DNA of 64,000 nt. Source: Candidatus Aldehydirespiratoraceae bacterium. Its GTDB lineage: Bacteria > Actinomycetota > Acidimicrobiia > Acidimicrobiales > Aldehydirespiratoraceae. The stretch spans positions 2,536,351-2,600,350 of the forward strand of contig OZ240616.1 in assembly GCA_965198315.1 (NCBI GenBank), read 5' to 3'. Numbering within the stretch: position 1 is the first letter of the stretch; each line of letters begins with the position of its first letter. Below the pieces are notes generated by a model. That model was not told the origin of the DNA. It made no database searches and saw only the letters and a program-made list of their open reading frames with translations. Below are positions 54,654 to 61,323 of the stretch, piece by piece. A program made the position numbers and the translations under genes.

Positions 54654-55545
54654 ATGAAGCGAATAGCAGCCGTATTGCTAGCGCTGCTAGGTGAACAAGA
54701 CACTTCAACAACAACGACCACCGCTGCGAGCCAGGCCGACGAGACGACTGCAGACGCTGGCACCGAAGAGATCGTCGAAGAGCTGCTGCGGATAGTCTCG
54801 ATATCACCCACAGCTACAGAGATGCTGTTCGCAGTCGGCGCCGGAGATCTAGTTGTTGCCGTCGATCAGTACTCGTATTTTCCCGATGAGGCCCCGGTCA
54901 CCGACCTGGACGGCTTCAGCCCGAACGTGGAGGCCATTGCGGCCTTTGAACCCGACTTTGTTTTGATGCAGTCGAGCGGCGACCTACAGGCAGCCCTGGA
55001 GACGCTGGGCATCCAGGTAGTCGTTCAGAACGCAGCGGTCTCGATTGACGATACGTACGAACAGATTCTCCAAATCGGCGACGTGACTGACCACCAGGAC
55101 GATGCCAGTGCCCTCGTCAACCAAATGCAGACTGAAATAGAGTCGCTTGTTGCCAGCGCTCCCGACGCAAGTGGCCTCAGCTACTTCCACGAACTGGATC
55201 CCCACTCTGTATTCAGTCACAAGCTCCACGTTTGTTGGCGCGGTGTATAGCTTGTTCGGTTTAGAGAACGCGGCCGATCCTGCCGATGCGGACGGTTCTT
55301 CCTTCGGCTACCCCCAACTCAGCGACGAATATCTGGTAGACGTCGATCCTGATCTGATCTTCCTGGCTGACACGCTCTGCTGCCGACAAAACGTAGCCAC
55401 CGTCGCCGAACGACCGGGTTGGGAGCAGATGAGTGCCGTACAAAACGGCAATGTCATTGAGTTGAGCGACGACATCGCCAGCCGCTGGGGGCCGCGAATT
55501 GTGGATTTCATAGCCACGATTTCCGAAGCACTCAGGAATTTGTAA
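54654..55545 (+). pseudogene. BtuF/FhuD-like (cluster A) periplasmic binding protein, frameshifted
   Basis: Frame 1 (..IVSISPTATEMLFAVGAGDLVVAVD..YFHELDP) and frame 2 (TLYSVTSSTFVGAVYSLFG...SRWGPRIVDF) together make one collinear binding protein. The shift is at the C4 run 55200-55203. The signal peptide lacks a lipobox Cys. Confidence 0.7.
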
Positions 55546-56625
55546 ATGTTCAAACCGGACCAGTCGCCGTCGCTCTTTGGCCAAGAGGAGATCCTCACGG
55601 GATCGCACCTCACAGTCAAGGCGACGGTGGCCGGGTTCGGTGCCATCGTTTTGGCTGTCACTTTGGGGTTGACCGTCGGACCCGTTGACCTGCGGTTTGA
55701 TCGTGTCCTGATGGAGTTGCTCGACGGTATTCCCGGCGTGAATATCGACTCTGGACTTTCCGAGACGCATCAGGCGATCGTCGACAAGATCCGGCTGCCT
55801 CGCGTGGTGCTGGGTCTGCTCGTCGGAGCGACGCTGTCGCTCAGCGGAGCGGCCTATCAGGGTGCTTTTCGAAACCCGCTGGCAGACCCGTACCTGCTCG
55901 GTATCGCCGCTGGTGCTGGGCTTGGCGCAACTATCGCCATCACGCGAGGACTAGGCGATGGTGCCGGGCTTACTGACCCCGTCCCTCTAGCTGCTTTTGC
56001 TGGGGCTTTAGTGGCGGTCGGAGTGTCATTTCTCGCAGGGCACCTAGGAGGGCACTCGACAGTTTCACTGGTGCTGGCAGGAGTAGCGGTAGCTAGCTTT
56101 CTCACTGCGTGCCAGACGTATGTGCTGCAGTCCAATACCGATGTGATCAGAGAGGTCTACTCTTGGATCTTGGGCCGAATCGCCACTTCCGGCTGGTCGG
56201 AGCCGGCCCTGATGACGCCCTATTTCGTGCTGACCGCAGCGGTAGTGCTGCGCTATCGTCGAGCGCTTGACGTGCTCTCAGTTGGTGATGAAGAGGCTGC
56301 GTCGCTTGGTCTCAACCCGCGCAGGATTCGCAGCATCGTGGTGATCGTCTCCTCACTCGGCGCGGCGGCAGCAGTGTCTGTCACAGGGCTGATCGGATTT
56401 GTCGGAATCATCGTGCCACATACTGTTCGTTTGATCTTCGGTGCAAGCCATCGAGTGTTGCTTCCGCTTTCAATTCTGTTCGGAGGAGCGTTCATGGTTC
56501 TAGCCGATCTCACCGCCCGTACCATTCTGCAACCGGCAGAACTTCCGATCGGCGTTGTGACCGCGTTCATCGGGGCACCGTTCTTTGCGATCGTGTTGCG
56601 CACGAGTCGACGAGAGGTCTGGTGA
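55546..56625 (+). CDS. FecCD/BtuC-family ABC transporter permease
   Basis: LPRVVLGLLVGATLSLSGAAYQGAFRNPLADPYLLGI and IGVVTAFIGAPFF are hallmark strings. The start codon follows directly after the binding-protein stop. Confidence 0.9.
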   Translation: MFKPDQSPSLFGQEEILTGSHLTVKATVAGFGAIVLAVTLGLTVGPVDLRFDRVLMELLDGIPGVNIDSGLSETHQAIVDKIRLPRVVLGLLVGATLSLSGAAYQGAFRNPLADPYLLGIAAGAGLGATIAITRGLGDGAGLTDPVPLAAFAGALVAVGVSFLAGHLGGHSTVSLVLAGVAVASFLTACQTYVLQSNTDVIREVYSWILGRIATSGWSEPALMTPYFVLTAAVVLRYRRALDVLSVGDEEAASLGLNPRRIRSIVVIVSSLGAAAAVSVTGLIGFVGIIVPHTVRLIFGASHRVLLPLSILFGGAFMVLADLTARTILQPAELPIGVVTAFIGAPFFAIVLRTSRREVW

Positions 56626-56831
56626 ATCAACGTAATGCTGACCTTCCTCACTGGTGGTGCTCGCAGCGGTTGGTTCTGTTGACGCTGATCACACCATCAT
56701 CGTTGACTGCCTTGCGGAACAACTCGGCGAACTGGCGGTTTTGATCGTCTTCTCCCAATTATCCGACGCGCCCGCCTGGTTCTGGCTCTGAGTCGCTAGC
56801 AAGATACCGTAAACAAAGGACTCGGAACTGT

Positions 56832-58649
56832 ATGCGTATCGCTGTGCTCGTCAAGCAAGTACCTGCCATTGGAGAGATGGCGTTGGGTTCAGATGGACGC
56901 CTCATTCGCGGCGGCACTGAATTGGAGATGAGCGCTTATTGTCGCCGGGCCGTGTCCAAAGCAGTCGAGCTTGCCTCGCAGAGATCCGACTGTTCGGTCA
57001 CCGTGTTGACGTTGGGCCCACCGAGCGCCGAGGACGTACTTCGCGAGGCAGTCGCCTGGGGACTTGACCGCGATGTGGAGATAGACGCCGTGCTGATCAC
57101 CGATCCTGCCTTCGTCGGATCGGACACGCTGGCAACCGCTCGCGCTGTGGCCGCGGCACTCAACAATGACGGTCCTTTCGACTTGGTGATGTGCGGCAAG
57201 AACTCCGTTGATGCCGACACCGGTCAAGTGCCTCCACAGATCGCCGAGTTGCTCGACTTGCCTTTTGCCACCGCTGTGAAGGCTCTCACCCTCAACGATG
57301 ATCGCCTGATCCTGGGTTGTGAACTCGACGACCAGTGGGTTGATTGCGAGATCACACTTCCGGCGGTGCTGTCTTGCGCGGAGCGGCTTTGCGAGCCCAG
57401 CAAGGTCCCTCCACCCAACAGGGCTCTGGTGCCCGCGGAGCGGATTCGTTTCATAGACGCCGAGACGTTGGGCCCCGGACCTTGGGGCCAAGCCGGGAGC
57501 CCTACCTGGGTCGGCAAAACCAGAATGTTGGCAGTGGACCGAAAGCGCTACGTCGATGGAGGCCTCGCTCTCGCGGATCAGGTCCGCAGCGCCGTCCGCA
57601 TCATCGCCCAAAAGGGTGGTTTTGACACGTCCAAAAAGCCCACCGAGCCGAGGCTTGTCCGCTCTCCTGGGGGTCCTGGCGGAGTGGTGGCGGTGCTCGC
57701 TGAGCCCGGACGCCACAAACTAATGCGAGAGTTGCTCGGTGCCGCGGGCCTGTTAGCAGGCGAGATCAACGGTTCAACCGCAGTAGTGCTCCCAGACAGT
57801 GTGGGCAGCTCATCCACAGGTCCCGCCATCGACGCAGAGTTCTTGGCGACCTACGGAGCCGACCACATCGTCCGCCTCGCCGGAGCAGCAATCGAAGAAG
57901 ACGTCGCAGCTGGGTTGGCAACTTGGGCCGGTGACCGGTTGCCTTGGGCGATATTGGCGTCTGGCACCTCCGCTGGCCGAGAGATCGCTTCACGGGTGGC
58001 CGCCCACCTCCACGCCGGGCTCGTCGGTGACGCGGTGGAGTTCGATGTAGACGATGGGCGCCTCGTGGCCTGGAAAGCAGCTTTCGGTGGGCAACTCATT
58101 GTTGCGGTTCACACGCGTACCGTGGTGCAGTTGGTGACGGTGCGCGCCGGGGTGCTACCCGCGCCGGAAGGCCTTGACCCCGGCGAGCTGAGAGTGCCCT
58201 CTGAAGAACATATCGAGGTCGTCCCGAAAGGCCGGGTCCAGGTGACCGACCGCCGCCGCGACGACGACATTGACATCCTGGCCGACGCCGCTTCGGTCAT
58301 CGCAGTGGGCCAAGGAGTTGACCCGGCGGACTATCCGAAGCTCGATCCTCTAGCCAGACTTCTCAATGCTGAACTGGGCTGCACCCGCAAAGTCACCGAC
58401 AACGGTTGGATGCCCCACGCTCGCCAGATCGGTATAACAGGGCGCAGTATTGCGCCACGGCTGTTCGTCATGATCGGCGCCAGCGGCAAATTCAACCACA
58501 CCGTGGGTGTCCGAGGTGCCTCTTCAGTACTGGCTATTACCAACGATCCGGCCGCGCCCGCTTGGGAACACGCGGATGCCGGCATCGTGGGCGACTGGCA
58601 AGAAGTACTTCCCCTTTTGGTTGCCGAGATTGAGAACCTCGGTGTGTGA
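56832..58649 (+). CDS. Fused electron transfer flavoprotein: EtfB-like N-terminal half + EtfA-like C-terminal half
   Basis: The N-terminus MRIAVLVKQVPA...SAYCRRAVSKAVEL...VMCGKNSVDADTGQVPPQIAELL is EtfB-like. The C-terminus PRLFVMIGASGKFNHTVGVRGASSVLAITNDPAAPAWEHADAGIVGD matches the EtfA FAD-binding signature region. Confidence 0.85.
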   Translation: MRIAVLVKQVPAIGEMALGSDGRLIRGGTELEMSAYCRRAVSKAVELASQRSDCSVTVLTLGPPSAEDVLREAVAWGLDRDVEIDAVLITDPAFVGSDTLATARAVAAALNNDGPFDLVMCGKNSVDADTGQVPPQIAELLDLPFATAVKALTLNDDRLILGCELDDQWVDCEITLPAVLSCAERLCEPSKVPPPNRALVPAERIRFIDAETLGPGPWGQAGSPTWVGKTRMLAVDRKRYVDGGLALADQVRSAVRIIAQKGGFDTSKKPTEPRLVRSPGGPGGVVAVLAEPGRHKLMRELLGAAGLLAGEINGSTAVVLPDSVGSSSTGPAIDAEFLATYGADHIVRLAGAAIEEDVAAGLATWAGDRLPWAILASGTSAGREIASRVAAHLHAGLVGDAVEFDVDDGRLVAWKAAFGGQLIVAVHTRTVVQLVTVRAGVLPAPEGLDPGELRVPSEEHIEVVPKGRVQVTDRRRDDDIDILADAASVIAVGQGVDPADYPKLDPLARLLNAELGCTRKVTDNGWMPHARQIGITGRSIAPRLFVMIGASGKFNHTVGVRGASSVLAITNDPAAPAWEHADAGIVGDWQEVLPLLVAEIENLGV

Positions 58650-59176
58650 CGAGGACCAGATCTAGGCTGACCTGGGTGGACCGCGACACGGCGCTCAAGA
58701 CACTGGGGCTGGAGCATGACGCGCACAAAGACGACATTTCCGCGGCCTACCGCAAACTGATCCGCAAAGCTCATCCGGATGTCGGCGGTGACACCGCTGT
58801 GGCCGCCCGGATCACCGAGGCGTACGCATGGCTGCAGCACTCCGCGCCGACCGCAGTTGCCTCCCCACGCACGTCACAGGCGGCCCCGAGCGACGAGCGG
58901 CTGGTGCTGCTGCTACCCCCGGGTGATGTCTTCGCCCGCCTCTGTGAGCTGGGCCAGCGACTGGGCGAGTTGAGCTATCTCGACCCCCAGGCGGGGATCA
59001 TGCAAGTGACCTTCACCGCCTTGAACTCTGTACCATGCCAACTCATGGCCACAGTCGTAGCGGGCTCAAGCCCCGAAGAATCCCAGGTCGAGTTCACCCT
59101 CGAAGCACTGACCAACGCTGTACCACCGCCGATAGCGGCTGTCGTCGGCCACATGTTCGGCACCGGACAATCGTAG
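58646..59176 (+). CDS. J-domain protein with uncharacterised C-terminal domain
   Basis: LGLEHDAHKDDISAAYRKLIRKAHPDVGG contains the HPD tripeptide. The GTG overlaps the ETF stop (GTGA). Confidence 0.75.
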   Translation: MTRTRSRLTWVDRDTALKTLGLEHDAHKDDISAAYRKLIRKAHPDVGGDTAVAARITEAYAWLQHSAPTAVASPRTSQAAPSDERLVLLLPPGDVFARLCELGQRLGELSYLDPQAGIMQVTFTALNSVPCQLMATVVAGSSPEESQVEFTLEALTNAVPPPIAAVVGHMFGTGQS

Positions 59177-59199
59177 GAAGCCCAGTGAAAGGAGGCCCA

Positions 59200-59397
59200 G
59201 TGAGAATCCTCGTTGATCGCGACAGATGCACAGGCCATGGGCGTTGCTACACACTCGCCCCCGACGTCTACGAACCCGACGACGACGGCTACTGCCAACA
59301 GCAGGTCGCCCCTGTTCCGCGGGAACTCAAGGATCGAGCGCTTCTCGGCGCCGCCAACTGCCCCGAGGACGCCATCACCGTCACCACCGACGACTGA
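59200..59397 (+). CDS. Small single-cluster ferredoxin (CxxHxxC...CP, 3Fe-4S type)
   Basis: RBS aaaggagg, then GTG at 59200. VRILVDRDRCTGHGRCYTLAPDVYEPDDDGY...AANCPEDAITV. Confidence 0.8.
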   Translation: MRILVDRDRCTGHGRCYTLAPDVYEPDDDGYCQQQVAPVPRELKDRALLGAANCPEDAITVTTDD

Positions 59398-59461
59398 ACC
59401 GACACGAACCAGAGTCGGTAGTGTCGCATGAGCGGCCTGGATGGGCGACTAACCTTACGAG

Positions 59462-60793
59462 GTGACATTCAATCTCGAAGGGAGTCCCTACAGCCTCGAA
59501 GCAACCGGCGGTTGGATTGCCGACGAAGTCACCGATTTGCATGATCGCGTGGAGCTACTACGTGCGGAGGGACGACTGACTCCCGAGACTCTACGCGCGT
59601 ACTTCGGCGACAAGCGCTTCGAGCAAATAGCAGAGTCGAACGCCATTGAAGGCAGCACTCTGGGCATCGGTGAGACGGAACTTGCTGTGGATCGAGGGAT
59701 CACCATTACAGGCCATAACCCCGCCCACTCCGCGGACGCCGTCAATCTTTCGCGAGCCTTGGAGCGGCTTGTCCAACTAGCACTAGATCCACATCCAACA
59801 ACTCTTGAACAGGTGAAGGAACTGCACGCTCTGATTTTGGGTGCTCCAACGAGTTCCAGTCTGTTCCGCTCCACACCGGTGATCATTTCCGGGTCTCCCC
59901 ATGAACCTCCCGCTGGCTGGGAAGGCGTCATGTCAGGGATGGAAGACTGGGAACGCTGGTCCGAGTCCAACGCACGAGCGTCGGTCCTTGCACGGGCAAT
60001 CGTATTGCATTCGTGGCTCACCCACATCCACCCTTTCACGGACGGAAACGGTCGGACCGCGCGGGCCATAATGAACCTTGAACTCGTCCGCGGCGGTTTC
60101 CCCAGTGTCATCATTCGTCGCAAGGACCGACTACGGTATTACGAAGCTCTGGCGGAATCAGATGTTGGTGGCAATCTTGAACTCATCGCCGAGTTGATTC
60201 TTGAACGAGCAAAAGACGCATTGCGGGATCTGGAACGGACAGCCTCGCGCCAGCAGGGTTACGACGCTTCGCAAGCAAGGCTGCGCAGGGCACAAGAACG
60301 CCAAACCGCTATCTGGAACGAAGCAATCAAGCTCCTGTTCACGTTGCTGGAGGAGGCCCTTGATACAGCCGTAGGTCATCTGGGCGATGTCACAACACGC
60401 TGGTACGACGCAGAACTCTCAACGGACGATTACGTTGCCTTGTCAAGGGCCGATCCTCGGGGTAATTCATGGTTGTTCCGCATCGATGTGAACGTTCCTG
60501 GTCTTCCAAGTCGGCGTTTTCTTGCCTGGACCGGTTACCGCAGTTATGAACTCAAGGAATCGCACGGGATCAGCGACGGTCCGGCAATCTTCTGGTCGGT
60601 GCCAGATCCTGCCGGTAACCGTATGTGGTTCCAAGACGACAGCAAGTCACCAGGTGTCGCCGAGTTGACGTTGCAACTACCCAATGTTGATCGTTGGCTT
60701 GCGCGCCTTCCCAATGGCGAGTCGAGAACGATGTTACCGAGCGATGTTGCTAGGTGTATCGCTACCACTGCAGTCGAACCGTCCGCGGTCTGA
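59462..60793 (+). CDS. Fic family protein (class II, N-terminal inhibitory helix) with about 200-aa unassigned C-terminal extension
   Basis: Fic motif HPFTDGNGRTARAIM (HxFx[DE]GNGRxxR). Upstream, SNAIEG fits the (S/T)xxxE(G/N) autoinhibition motif. Confidence 0.85.
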   Translation: MTFNLEGSPYSLEATGGWIADEVTDLHDRVELLRAEGRLTPETLRAYFGDKRFEQIAESNAIEGSTLGIGETELAVDRGITITGHNPAHSADAVNLSRALERLVQLALDPHPTTLEQVKELHALILGAPTSSSLFRSTPVIISGSPHEPPAGWEGVMSGMEDWERWSESNARASVLARAIVLHSWLTHIHPFTDGNGRTARAIMNLELVRGGFPSVIIRRKDRLRYYEALAESDVGGNLELIAELILERAKDALRDLERTASRQQGYDASQARLRRAQERQTAIWNEAIKLLFTLLEEALDTAVGHLGDVTTRWYDAELSTDDYVALSRADPRGNSWLFRIDVNVPGLPSRRFLAWTGYRSYELKESHGISDGPAIFWSVPDPAGNRMWFQDDSKSPGVAELTLQLPNVDRWLARLPNGESRTMLPSDVARCIATTAVEPSAV

Positions 60794-60845
60794 TGACTAA
60801 CAGCAGCGAGGCGAAGACGGTTGACGCACACCGCTAGGGTGCGGT

Positions 60846-61316
60846 ATGGGCAACATGCGGTTCAACCACATGGAACTGACGCTTCCTCTGGGCACTCTGA
60901 ACGATGAGTTCAGGGCCGAGGCGCGGGAGTTCTACGGTGATGTGTTCGGGTGGACAGCAACCGACACCCAGATTCTCAAACAAACCGGGTTGCTGCTGTC
61001 AACCGATTCTGTAACCAGCCAATTCATCTTGCTGCTTGAGCATCGCCAGCCTATGACTCCACCGCCGTTCGATCATCTCGGGGTGCTCTGCGACACGCGT
61101 ACAGAGGTAGACGCCGTGCTGGCCAAGTGCGAAGCCTGGCAGGAGAAAGACCCCCGGGTGGAGATCAAGCGCTACCAGGATCTAGTCACGCCCACAATCA
61201 CCATCCATGCCTTCTATGTACGTCACCTGCTCCCCATCCATTTGGATGTGCAATGTATGGAACGACCCGACGGCGTCAGCGCTCCTTCCGGACGTTGGGT
61301 CTGGGTGGAGGACTAG
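60846..61316 (+). CDS. VOC (glyoxalase/bleomycin-resistance/dioxygenase fold) family protein
   Basis: 156 aa. The N-terminal FNHMELTLP...FYGDVFGW is a typical VOC beta-alpha-beta-beta-beta start. Assignment is moderate. Confidence 0.65.
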   Translation: MGNMRFNHMELTLPLGTLNDEFRAEAREFYGDVFGWTATDTQILKQTGLLLSTDSVTSQFILLLEHRQPMTPPPFDHLGVLCDTRTEVDAVLAKCEAWQEKDPRVEIKRYQDLVTPTITIHAFYVRHLLPIHLDVQCMERPDGVSAPSGRWVWVED

Positions 61317-61323
61317 GCCGCAT

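Noticed and set aside
55195-55210. Programmed ribosomal frameshift in the BtuF-like gene
   Set aside because: There is no slippery heptamer or obvious downstream stimulatory structure. The shift sits in a plain C4 homopolymer, so a mutation or sequencing error is the simpler reading.
56626-56831. Expected BtuD/FepC-type ATPase gene, or a remnant of one, after the permease
   Set aside because: I translated all six frames by eye. There is no Walker A/B or ABC signature and no ORF of useful length. I treated it as non-coding and report the missing ATPase as an observation only.
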